Assembly: GCA_031367385.1 (NCBI GenBank)
Contig: JANLPS010000489.1
Span: 8,283 to 72,282, forward strand
Origin: Archangium sp.
GTDB lineage: Bacteria; Myxococcota; Myxococcia; Myxococcales; Myxococcaceae
Reading direction: 5' to 3'
Length of the DNA stretch: 64,000 bases
The notes beneath the pieces were generated by a model, which saw only the letters and a program-made list of their open reading frames with translations, did no database searches and was not told where the DNA came from. The translations under genes and the position numbers were made by a program. Positions 23,530-31,951 of the stretch are shown here, one piece after another. The first letter of the stretch is position 1. Each line of letters begins with the position of its first letter.

Positions 23530-24383
23530 GCAGGCAGACCCACCAACTTCGCGCTGTGGGCCCAGACCTGCTCGGCCAGCGCCTCGTCTTGCGCCAGGCG
23601 CGAGGGGTACACCGGGCGGTTTTTCTCGAGGTAGAGGCCGGTTTTGCCTTCGAGCTCGGGGCTGGTCGCGGCGTAGACCAGGGTCTGGCCGCCCTGCTCG
23701 GGGGTGATCATGAGCAGCGATTTGATCACCGCGAGCAGCGGCTTCGCCCACGCCGGAGCGCGTGACCAGATGTTGGTCGCGACCGCTCCGGGGTGTAGGC
23801 AGTTGACGGTGACGTTCTTGCCCTCGAGCCGCTTGGCGAGGGCGCGGGTGAACAGCACGTTGCCCAGCTTCGAGCGGCCGTAGGCTTTCATGATGCCGTA
23901 GTCTTTTTCGAAGCCCACGTCGGCGAGATTCATCGTGGCGCGCTTGTGACCGATCGACGAGACGTTGACGATGCGCGACGGGGCGGCCGCGACCACCCGG
24001 TCGAGAATCAGCTCGGTGAAGAGAAAGGGCCCGAGGTGGTTGACGGCGTAGGTGGCCTCGATGCCGTCTTCGGTGAGCGTGCGCTTCTCGTAGACCAGCC
24101 CCGCGTTGTTCACCAAGACGTCGATGCGGGCGTACTTGGCGCGAACGGCTTCGGCGAGGGCCCGAATCTGTTTCTGCGAGGCGAAGTCACACAAGAGCGA
24201 CTCGGCCGAGCCGCTGCCGCCGCTGCGCCGGGTGACCTGCTCGACGGCCGCCGCGGTGCGCGCCGGGTCGCGGCCGATCATCACCACGGTGGCTCCTCGC
24301 TGGGCGAAGACGACGCAGGCCTCGAGGCCAATGCCGCTGGTCGCGCCGGTGACGAGAATGGTCTTGCCTTTGAGATCGCCCAT
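23526..24383 (-). CDS. SDR family oxidoreductase (retinol dehydrogenase-like)
   Basis: TGATSGIG, NNAG, VNHLGPF, YGRSK (YxxxK) and LHPGAVAT motifs. Confidence 0.93.
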   Translation of the reverse strand: MGDLKGKTILVTGATSGIGLEACVVFAQRGATVVMIGRDPARTAAAVEQVTRRSGGSGSAESLLCDFASQKQIRALAEAVRAKYARIDVLVNNAGLVYEKRTLTEDGIEATYAVNHLGPFLFTELILDRVVAAAPSRIVNVSSIGHKRATMNLADVGFEKDYGIMKAYGRSKLGNVLFTRALAKRLEGKNVTVNCLHPGAVATNIWSRAPAWAKPLLAVIKSLLMITPEQGGQTLVYAATSPELEGKTGLYLEKNRPVYPSRLAQDEALAEQVWAHSAKLVGLPA

Positions 24384-24424
24384 GGGGGCTCTCTATTCCT
24401 TTTAGGGCTACAGTTCAGCCCGCT

Positions 24425-25231
24425 TTGAAGCTCTACGCCATCAGCGACCTGCACATCGGGCACGCCGAGAACCTGGCCTTCGTCAAGACGGTGCGAGGTC
24501 AGCCCGAAGACTGGCTCATTCTGGCGGGAGACTTGGGCGAGCAGGTGAAGGAGCTGATCACCGTGCTCGAGCTCGTCACGCCGCGGTTCGCCAAGGTGTT
24601 CTGGGTGCCCGGCAACCACGAGCTGTGGGCGACCCGGCACGAGGGGCCGCGCGGCGAAGCCAAGTACCAGGGGCTCGTCGAGACGTGCCGACGGTACGGC
24701 GTGGTGACGCCCGAAGACCCGTACGTCGCGTGGCCCGAGGCAGAGGCGCTCGTCATCGCGCCGATGTTCTTGCTCTACGATTACTCGTTTCGACCGGCCT
24801 CGGTGGCGCGCGAGAACGCCATCGCCTGGGCCGCGGAGCAGCGCTCGGTGTGCTCTGACGAAGCGGTGCTCGACCCGTCTCCATACCCGAGCCGCGAGGC
24901 CTGGTGCGCGGCCCGGGTGGCTGCCACCGAGCAGCGGTTGGCCCAGCTCCCCGCTGGCACGAGCACGATTCTGGTGAATCACTTTCCGCTCCGGCAGTCG
25001 CACGCGATTCTGCCCGCGATACCAAGGTTTGCGATGTGGTGCGGTACGGTCTTGACCGATGAGTGGCACCGCCGATTTCGCGCGAAGGTGGTGGTCTACG
25101 GCCACCTTCACCTGCCCCGAACGTTTCACGAAGACGGCGTCGCCTTCGAAGAAGTGTCGCTGGGCTACCCACGCGAGCGCGCGCGCCGGGGCCCACCGGC
25201 GATGCGATTGATTTGGCCCAGACCCGCGTGA
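24425..25231 (+). CDS. Calcineurin-like metallophosphoesterase resembling the phosphopantetheinyl hydrolase PptH (Rv2795c) family
   Basis: SDLH, AGD, GNHELW, TPEDPY, LYDYSF, NHFP, WCGT, GHLH and EVSLGYPRE motifs; TTG start. Confidence 0.85.
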   Translation: MKLYAISDLHIGHAENLAFVKTVRGQPEDWLILAGDLGEQVKELITVLELVTPRFAKVFWVPGNHELWATRHEGPRGEAKYQGLVETCRRYGVVTPEDPYVAWPEAEALVIAPMFLLYDYSFRPASVARENAIAWAAEQRSVCSDEAVLDPSPYPSREAWCAARVAATEQRLAQLPAGTSTILVNHFPLRQSHAILPAIPRFAMWCGTVLTDEWHRRFRAKVVVYGHLHLPRTFHEDGVAFEEVSLGYPRERARRGPPAMRLIWPRPA

Positions 25232-25241
25232 GGAGAACGCG

Positions 25242-25841
25242 ATGACCAGCAGCGTGCCCATCGTGCAGACCGGAGCCGCCATCTTGCGCGCGAAGGCCCG
25301 CCCCGTGCCCGTCGAGCAGATCGCCACCGACGACTTTCAGCAGTTGGTGACTCTGATGATTCGCACCATGCGAGAGGCCCCCGGCGTCGGGCTGGCCGCT
25401 CCGCAGATTGGCGTGCCCCTGCAGGTGCTGGTGCTCGAAGACCGCGATGCTTTTCTCTCGAGCTTGGGCGAAGACGAGCTGGCCGAGCGCGAACGGGTGC
25501 CGGTGCCGGTGCGGGTGTTCATCAACCCCACGCTCGAGGTCATCGGCAATGAGACGGTCACCTTCTTCGAGGGCTGCCTGAGCGTCGAGGGGTTCACTGC
25601 GCTCGTGACGCGCTGGCGCGAGGTCGAGATCACCGGTCTCGACGAGCACGGCGCCTCGGTGACCTGGCGGGTCAAGGGGTGGCCGGCGCGCATTCTCCAG
25701 CATGAAATCGACCACCTCGAGGGCACCCTCTACATCGACCGTATGAACCCCCGCTCGTTCTCGAGCCCCGAGTTGGCGCAGGAGCGGTTCAGCGGCATGT
25801 CGGTGACGGAGATCGAGGCAGCGCTGCAGCTTGGCCGTTGA
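25242..25841 (+). CDS. def: Peptide deformylase
   Basis: GVGLAAPQIG, EGCLS and QHEIDHLEG motifs; AGGAG RBS upstream. Confidence 0.96.
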   Translation: MTSSVPIVQTGAAILRAKARPVPVEQIATDDFQQLVTLMIRTMREAPGVGLAAPQIGVPLQVLVLEDRDAFLSSLGEDELAERERVPVPVRVFINPTLEVIGNETVTFFEGCLSVEGFTALVTRWREVEITGLDEHGASVTWRVKGWPARILQHEIDHLEGTLYIDRMNPRSFSSPELAQERFSGMSVTEIEAALQLGR

Positions 25842-25845
25842 GGTC

Positions 25846-28800
25846 TCAAAGGCCGGCGTCGGGTGCCCAGAGCTCGATCACGATGCCGCGCTTGAGCAGC
25901 GCCGACTGAGCGTCACCGCGAGCAGGCTCGGCCATCGCCGAGAGCGCCTCGGCCAGCAGCGCCCGGGCCCGCTGCTGGTTCTGGGGGCCTGACACCCACA
26001 GCGCTCGGCCCAGCTCGAGCTTCACCGGCGCGAGGGCCTTGGGGTCTTCACGGGCGGCGTGGAGCGCCAGGGCCCGCTCGAGCGCCTGCACCGCCAGCAC
26101 CGGTTGATTGAGCAACAAGGCCGCGCGCCCGATGCCGGTCAGGTCGGCGCTGGTCGCGGCGGTGTTGCTGCTCTTCTGGTGAATCGCCAGCGCGCGGTTG
26201 TAGTGCTCGAGCGCTTCGGGCCCTGAGCCCATTGCCAGCGCCATCTCACCCAACGCGTCGCAGACAGCGGCCACCTCGGCGCTCCCCTCGCCCAACTTGC
26301 CTCGGCGAATTCGCTGCGCCTCGAGCAAGTGCGCGCGCGCCTCGCCCCAGTTGCCGAGCTGGGTGTCGAGCCCGCCCATGGTCACCAGCGCGGTGGCGAC
26401 CGCGAGGCTCTCGGGGCCGGCGACCTTTCTCATGATGGCCAGCTCGCGCAGCGCGTAGTCGTGCGCCTCGCGCCAATACCCGCCCGCCTTGAAGACCTCG
26501 ACCAGCGAATCGAGGGTCATGCCGACCTCGCGCGACTCCGGGCCAAAGAGCTTGGTGCGCGCCTCCAGGGTCGCCTGCAGCAGCATCAGCGCCTCTTCAC
26601 GGCGGTCAGAGGCCAGGTACGCCTTGGCGAGACTGTCGAAGGCCTTGAGGGTCTCTGGGTGGGTGTCGCCCAGCGTCGATCGACGCACCGCCAGTGAGTG
26701 CTCGAAGTGGGTGATGGCCTCTCGAAATCGGCCCACGTTTCGCAGCGCGAAGGCCAGGTTGCCCTCGGCCAGCGCGGTGTTGGGGTGCTCGGCGCCCTCG
26801 AGGGTCACGTGCAGCGCGTAGCTGCGGTCGAACTGCTCAATCGCCGCGGGGAAGTCACCAGCAGCCGAAAATGTCACCCCCAGGTTGTCGTGCATCGACG
26901 CCACGTCGGGGTGTGAGGGCCCTCGGTGCTCTTCGACCAGCGCCAGGGCACGCTCGAACTGAGCCAGCGCGTCGTTGAGGTGGCGATTGCGCAGCGAGAC
27001 CAGGGCGTCGTTGAGGGCGAGCTCATATTGCACCTCCCAGTCTTGAGAGACCCGCGAGGCGGCCGCGTGGGCGAGCCGGCTCCAAGACTCGGTGTCGTCG
27101 CCAGGCTCGGTGTCATCGAACCCCTCGTTGCCATAGAGGCGGCTGAATGCGATGGCCTGGAGTGAGGCATCACCGGCTCGAATCGCCTGCTCGGCGGCCT
27201 GAACGTTGGCGGCGTGGGCCTCTTGAGGGCTCCCGTTCTTGAGCATCAAGCGGCCGAGCCACAGAAACCCCTCAGCCTGGGCTCGAGGCGAGCTGTCGGC
27301 GGTGACGGCTGAGCGCAGCAGGTCGACGCCACGTGCATATTTGCCTGCATCGAAGAGCGCGCGGGCCTCGGAGATCTGCACGCCCAGCCGCAGCTCTGCC
27401 GCATGGGCCTGCTCGTTGAGCATCGGCTGGCGGGTCAACGCCTGTAAATCGAAACAGCCCGAAATCGGGTCGAGCGAGGCGGCGGCGGCCGAGGCATGCG
27501 CGACCAGGTCTCGATCGGCGTCTTCGAAGAGGTGCGAGAGGGCGCGCAGGCGCTGCAGGCGCCCGTCGAGGCAGGCGCTCTTCATCTCGTACAGTTCGGC
27601 CGAGTCGACCTTGCGAATGCGGGTCGCTTCGCAGGCCTCGCGCGAGGCGTTGACCCAATCGAGGGCCCAGGCGTCGAGGGTTCGGGCGGTGCTCTTCCAC
27701 GCGTCGAGGGCCAGCGCGCTGCCGGTGCGCTCGAACGCCGCGCGCAGCTTCTGCTTGGTGGGGGTGTCCCACACGTCGACGAGCCGCTTCTCGGCGCCTC
27801 CGCAGACGCTCAGGCGCTTGGCCGACCACAAGGCGTACCCAATGCCGACGGTGGCGAGAATGCCCAGCGTGACGATGGTAGCGATGGTTCGACGGCTTCG
27901 ACGACGCCGGGGCCGCAGCTCGACGAGCAGCGCGTCCATGTCGGGGTAGCGGTCGGCCGGGTTGGCGGCGAGCCCGCGCTTGATGACCTCGAAGATAGAG
28001 TCGGGCACCTCCGAGCCCGGCGGTGGCTCGGGGAGCCGACCCAGGTGAATCTCGTCGGCGTGTTGCTTGAGGGTCGCGCCTCCGAATGGGCGCTTGCCGA
28101 ACAGCGCTTCGTACAGCGCCACACAGAACGCGAACTGATCGCAGCGCCCGTCAGTAGGCAGGCCGGCGAGCTGCTCGGGGGCCATGTACCCGGGAGTGCC
28201 CATCACGGCTCCGTCGAGGGTGAGCTTTGCCGCGAGCGCCGCCAGGCCCGAGTCGCTGCTGGTCGTCGGCTGCGCGACCGGGTCTGTCATGACGTCAGAA
28301 CCTGCCGTCACGCGACGGCTCGAGTGCGCTGAGGCCTTTCGCGCCAGCAGACTGGCCTCGGCCGTCAGAGAAGGAGCGGCGAGCCGTGCGCCGTCGAGCG
28401 GGTGCTGCACGTGCGGCGCGTCCCCTCTCGCATCGCTCGGCTCGTCAGAAGACGACCCGAGTGACCAAGGGCCGTGCGCCGAGCGGTCGGCCACGGTCGA
28501 TGCGCTGTCTGCGTCACTGGCGCGTCTGAACCCAGCCGCCACCTCCGAACGAAGCGCATCGCTCGAAGGCTTCGAGTCATCGCCGACGCGCGGTTGGCCG
28601 CTGGCCCGGCCAGACGCGGTGGTCACCGACCCGCGGTGAGCGCCACCCGGCGGCACCGTGTCGCTCGCTACCCTGGCTTCGTCGCTCGACTGCACATCGA
28701 GATACCGCCGAACCGCGCCATCGCTCGGAGGCGTGGCCCACCCGAAGTCGCGCTCCGTGTCGTCGGTGTCGAACCGCCCCGAATCGTCTTGCCCCCACGC

Positions 28801-29574
28801 GCCCCTCGGAGCGCTCACAGCCGCAGCTTCTCCCGGCGCCTCGTTCGCAGCCGCACCGGCGAGGCTTGGCGTTGGCGTGGCCTGGCGGGCGAGCCCGAAG
28901 TCGAGCACCCGGGGGCGCCCATCGCGGCCGATGAGCACGTTGTCGGGCTTGAAATCGCGGTGAATCAGCCCGGCGTGGTGCGCGGCGGCGAGGCCGCTCC
29001 CTGCTTGCAGAAACAAGCGCACCACCTCTCGCCAGGGCCGCTCGGTGCGCAGCCAATCGCTCAGCGTCTCCCCGTCAATGAACTCCATCGCGATGAAGAC
29101 GCGGTCGGCGAAGGTGCCCACGTCATGCACCGCCGCCACGTTCGGGTGCTGCAGCCGGGCCATCGCCTGGGCCTCACGCAGCAACCGGGCGCGGCCCTCG
29201 GTGGCGCTGGTCGCTCCGCCACGCAGCAGCTTGAGCGCCACCTTTCGGTCGAGCTGCGGGTCGAAGGCTGCGAACACCTCGCCCATGCCGCCGGTGCCGA
29301 GGCGCTCGAGCAGCACGTACCGGCCGAGCGTGGTGCCCCGGGCCAGCGAGTTCGCGGCTGACGCCTTCGCGGTCGGCCGGTCAGGTTGGGTCGGGGTACC
29401 CCGGGCTTCGATGGGCGCCGCCACCGTCGTGGCGAACACGGCCGCTGACAGCAGCTTTTGCCGCTCCCGGCAGCTTGCGCACCCCGCGAGATGCCCCTGA
29501 GCCGCGGTTGCGGCCGAGGCTTCGAGCGTGCCGAGGGTCAGGCGGAGCAGCTGCTCCTCATCGAGGTGCGCCAT
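25846..29574 (-). CDS. Hanks-type Ser/Thr protein kinase with an N-terminal HxxxCxxC zinc finger, one TM segment and extracytoplasmic TPRs
   Basis: HLAGCASC; LGTGGMGEV, VALK, HRDFKPDN, DFG and GTPGYMAPE motifs; TM followed by kinesin-light-chain-like TPRs (GxxHPxxA). Start may be 29574 or 29586. Confidence 0.93.
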   Translation of the reverse strand: MAHLDEEQLLRLTLGTLEASAATAAQGHLAGCASCRERQKLLSAAVFATTVAAPIEARGTPTQPDRPTAKASAANSLARGTTLGRYVLLERLGTGGMGEVFAAFDPQLDRKVALKLLRGGATSATEGRARLLREAQAMARLQHPNVAAVHDVGTFADRVFIAMEFIDGETLSDWLRTERPWREVVRLFLQAGSGLAAAHHAGLIHRDFKPDNVLIGRDGRPRVLDFGLARQATPTPSLAGAAANEAPGEAAAVSAPRGAWGQDDSGRFDTDDTERDFGWATPPSDGAVRRYLDVQSSDEARVASDTVPPGGAHRGSVTTASGRASGQPRVGDDSKPSSDALRSEVAAGFRRASDADSASTVADRSAHGPWSLGSSSDEPSDARGDAPHVQHPLDGARLAAPSLTAEASLLARKASAHSSRRVTAGSDVMTDPVAQPTTSSDSGLAALAAKLTLDGAVMGTPGYMAPEQLAGLPTDGRCDQFAFCVALYEALFGKRPFGGATLKQHADEIHLGRLPEPPPGSEVPDSIFEVIKRGLAANPADRYPDMDALLVELRPRRRRSRRTIATIVTLGILATVGIGYALWSAKRLSVCGGAEKRLVDVWDTPTKQKLRAAFERTGSALALDAWKSTARTLDAWALDWVNASREACEATRIRKVDSAELYEMKSACLDGRLQRLRALSHLFEDADRDLVAHASAAAASLDPISGCFDLQALTRQPMLNEQAHAAELRLGVQISEARALFDAGKYARGVDLLRSAVTADSSPRAQAEGFLWLGRLMLKNGSPQEAHAANVQAAEQAIRAGDASLQAIAFSRLYGNEGFDDTEPGDDTESWSRLAHAAASRVSQDWEVQYELALNDALVSLRNRHLNDALAQFERALALVEEHRGPSHPDVASMHDNLGVTFSAAGDFPAAIEQFDRSYALHVTLEGAEHPNTALAEGNLAFALRNVGRFREAITHFEHSLAVRRSTLGDTHPETLKAFDSLAKAYLASDRREEALMLLQATLEARTKLFGPESREVGMTLDSLVEVFKAGGYWREAHDYALRELAIMRKVAGPESLAVATALVTMGGLDTQLGNWGEARAHLLEAQRIRRGKLGEGSAEVAAVCDALGEMALAMGSGPEALEHYNRALAIHQKSSNTAATSADLTGIGRAALLLNQPVLAVQALERALALHAAREDPKALAPVKLELGRALWVSGPQNQQRARALLAEALSAMAEPARGDAQSALLKRGIVIELWAPDAGL

Positions 29575-29642
29575 GGAGCGAGGCATCAAGGCTACACCCA
29601 ACCCCCCACGCCTGGCCGTTGTTTCAACCGATCATCGGCGCG

Positions 29643-30086
29643 TCACTTGCCACCGCGCCCCAAGGGCGTCTCATTGAGCAGCAGCCAGAACAACCCGAGG
29701 GTCTCGGCGGCCTTCATGAACTCGCTGAAATCGACCGGCTTGCGCACATACGCATTGGCGCCGAGCGAATAACTGCGGGTGATGTCTTCGTCTTCGCGCG
29801 ACCCGGTCAGCACGACCACCGGCAACATCTTGGTGCGCTCGTCAGATCGCACCTTGCGCAGCACGTCGAGCCCGCTGACCTTGGGCAGATTCAGGTCGAG
29901 CAGCATCACCGTCGGCAGCTGCACGTCTGACCCCGCATACGCCCCGGTTCGAAACAGGTAGTCGAGCGCCTCGGCGCCATCGCGCACCACCAGCACCTCA
30001 TTGGCGTTGTTCGACTTCTTGAAAGCCCGAATGGTGAGCAGCTCGTCGCTCTCGTTGTCTTCGACCAGCAGAATAATCTTGCTCAC
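29643..30086 (-). CDS. Single-domain response regulator (Rcp1-like)
   Basis: ILLVEDNESD, DGAEALDYL, LLDLNLPK, LTGSREDED, LGANAYVRKP and FWLLLN motifs; GTG start overlaps the kinase stop. Confidence 0.92.
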   Translation of the reverse strand: MSKIILLVEDNESDELLTIRAFKKSNNANEVLVVRDGAEALDYLFRTGAYAGSDVQLPTVMLLDLNLPKVSGLDVLRKVRSDERTKMLPVVVLTGSREDEDITRSYSLGANAYVRKPVDFSEFMKAAETLGLFWLLLNETPLGRGGK

Positions 30087-31906
30087 GTGTGAAGACCTTT
30101 CGCGGCGCGACTCTCGGGGAGCGAAAAATAGAACGTCGCCCCCCGTGATACTTCGGCTTCGGCCCAAATGCGCCCACCATGTCGGTCGACGATGCGATGG
30201 CAGGTCGCAAGCCCAATGCCCGTACCGGGAAATTCGCGGCTCGTGTGCAGGCGCTGAAAGGTCGTGAACAGCTTGCCTGAGAAGGCCATGTCGAAGCCCA
30301 CGCCGTTGTCTCTGACGAAGAAGGCGCAGCGGCCCTGGTGAGTCAGCGCGCCGAACTCGATGCGGGGCTCGCGGGCATCGCGGGTGAACTTCCACGCGTT
30401 GCCGAGCAGGTTCTCGAGCAGGGTGCGCGCGAGGGTGGGGTCGGTGTTGGCCTCGAGCTCGTCTTGTACGCAGAACTCGACCGCCCTCGCGGGGTCGACC
30501 TGCTGGAGCGAACATGACACCGAGCGCGCCACCGCCGAGAGGTCGATTCGCTCGCGCCGCAGCTCGCTGCGACTGACCCGTGCCAACGAGAGCAGCGCGT
30601 CGATGAGCGCACCCATCTGCAGCGAGCTGTCTTGAATCTTCTTCAAGCAGAGCCGGCCCTCGTCGTCGAGGCGCTCACCGGAGTCGTCGGCCAGCACCTT
30701 GGCGAAGCCGTTGATGCCCCGCAGCGGGGTGCGCAGGTCATGTGCGACCGAATAGCTGAACGCCTCGAGCTCCTTGTTCGAGGCCCGCAGCGCGGCCTCG
30801 GTCACCGTGCGTGCGCTGACGTCGCGAATCGCACTCGAGACCAGCAGGCCCTCGTCGGTGACCAGCGGGCTCACGCTCATCTCGACGGGAAACTCGGTGC
30901 CGTCTTTGCGCCTGCCATGCAGCTCGAGCCCAGAGCCCATTTGCAGCGTGGCGGGCATCGAAAAGTCGCCATCGCGGTTGGGCAGCAGCAGGTCGACTCG
31001 GCGGCCGACCAGCTCTTCGCGCGCGTACCCGAACAGCTTTTCGGTCTGCTCGTTGACCAGCTCCATCGTGCCCGCGCCATCGGCGATGATCATCGCATCA
31101 GGCGCCGATTCGAGCAGCGCTCTGAACTTGGCGTCGACCGCCCGTTGCTTCTGCAATGCCGCGATGGCCGCTTCGGTGCGCTTGCGCTCGCTCAGGTCGA
31201 GCACATAGGTGAGTGCCCGCTCGCCGCTCGGGTCGAGCAACGCAGCGCCGACCAGCACCGGCACCCGGTGCCCATCGCCCCGGTGTAAATATTCTTTCTC
31301 AAATGCCGAGGTGATGCCCTCGGCCCGCAGCTGCGTCACCGCGTCATCTGACGGCCCGAGGTGCTCGGTCGGCGTCATCGCCCTCCAGTTGATGTGGTGC
31401 TGCTCGAGCTCGTCGCGGGTCGCTCCCACCAAATTGAGAAATCGGTCATTCGCCTCGAGCACTTCACCGGTCGTCATGTTGGTGACGATGAGACCGATCG
31501 CGCCAGCTTCGCCGAGCCGACGCAGCTGGGCTTCGGTGCGCCGCAGCTGGGCCGCGAGCGAGTCTCTGGCCTTATTTGCCTCGGCCACCTGCTGGCTCAT
31601 CTGCTCGGTGGTCTGCATCGACGAGATGCCTTCGAGCGTGCGCACCAAGACGATGGCGGTGGGCATCGAAACCAGCGCCGTGAACACCGAGAGCGCCACC
31701 GTCAGCGGGGTCACCGGCTCGAAGAGCTGCAGCAGCTCAGCGAACGCGTACGGCAGCAGCATCAGCGCCACCGCCCGGTACAACGTGATGAACGCCAGGT
31801 TGGGCCGAGCGCGAACGGCCAACCACAGGCAGATGGAGATTGTCAGCAGCGCGAGGCTCGCCAGAGCGCACGAGACGACGCTGACCCACACCAAGCTCGT
31901 TGACAT
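30083..31906 (-). CDS. Sensor histidine kinase: 3-TM ethylene-receptor-like sensor, two PAS domains, HisKA-HATPase
   Basis: N-terminal TMs; PAS (FEKEY..GDGHRVPV; LLESAPDAM...GRRKDGTEFPVEMS); FSYSVAHDLRTPL, NLLGNAWKF, DNGVGF and GTGIGLA boxes. Confidence 0.92.
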   Translation of the reverse strand: MSTSLVWVSVVSCALASLALLTISICLWLAVRARPNLAFITLYRAVALMLLPYAFAELLQLFEPVTPLTVALSVFTALVSMPTAIVLVRTLEGISSMQTTEQMSQQVAEANKARDSLAAQLRRTEAQLRRLGEAGAIGLIVTNMTTGEVLEANDRFLNLVGATRDELEQHHINWRAMTPTEHLGPSDDAVTQLRAEGITSAFEKEYLHRGDGHRVPVLVGAALLDPSGERALTYVLDLSERKRTEAAIAALQKQRAVDAKFRALLESAPDAMIIADGAGTMELVNEQTEKLFGYAREELVGRRVDLLLPNRDGDFSMPATLQMGSGLELHGRRKDGTEFPVEMSVSPLVTDEGLLVSSAIRDVSARTVTEAALRASNKELEAFSYSVAHDLRTPLRGINGFAKVLADDSGERLDDEGRLCLKKIQDSSLQMGALIDALLSLARVSRSELRRERIDLSAVARSVSCSLQQVDPARAVEFCVQDELEANTDPTLARTLLENLLGNAWKFTRDAREPRIEFGALTHQGRCAFFVRDNGVGFDMAFSGKLFTTFQRLHTSREFPGTGIGLATCHRIVDRHGGRIWAEAEVSRGATFYFSLPESRAAKGLHT

Positions 31907-31951
31907 GCGGCAGCCCCCCAATCAGCCGCGCTGTTTCTTCGGTACGCCTAT

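Noticed and set aside
30087..30515. 290-aa version of the response regulator, suggesting a frameshifted hybrid kinase
   Set aside because: The kinase ends normally after HATPase, and the receiver starts at a GTG overlapping its stop. The extension is out-of-frame kinase sequence.
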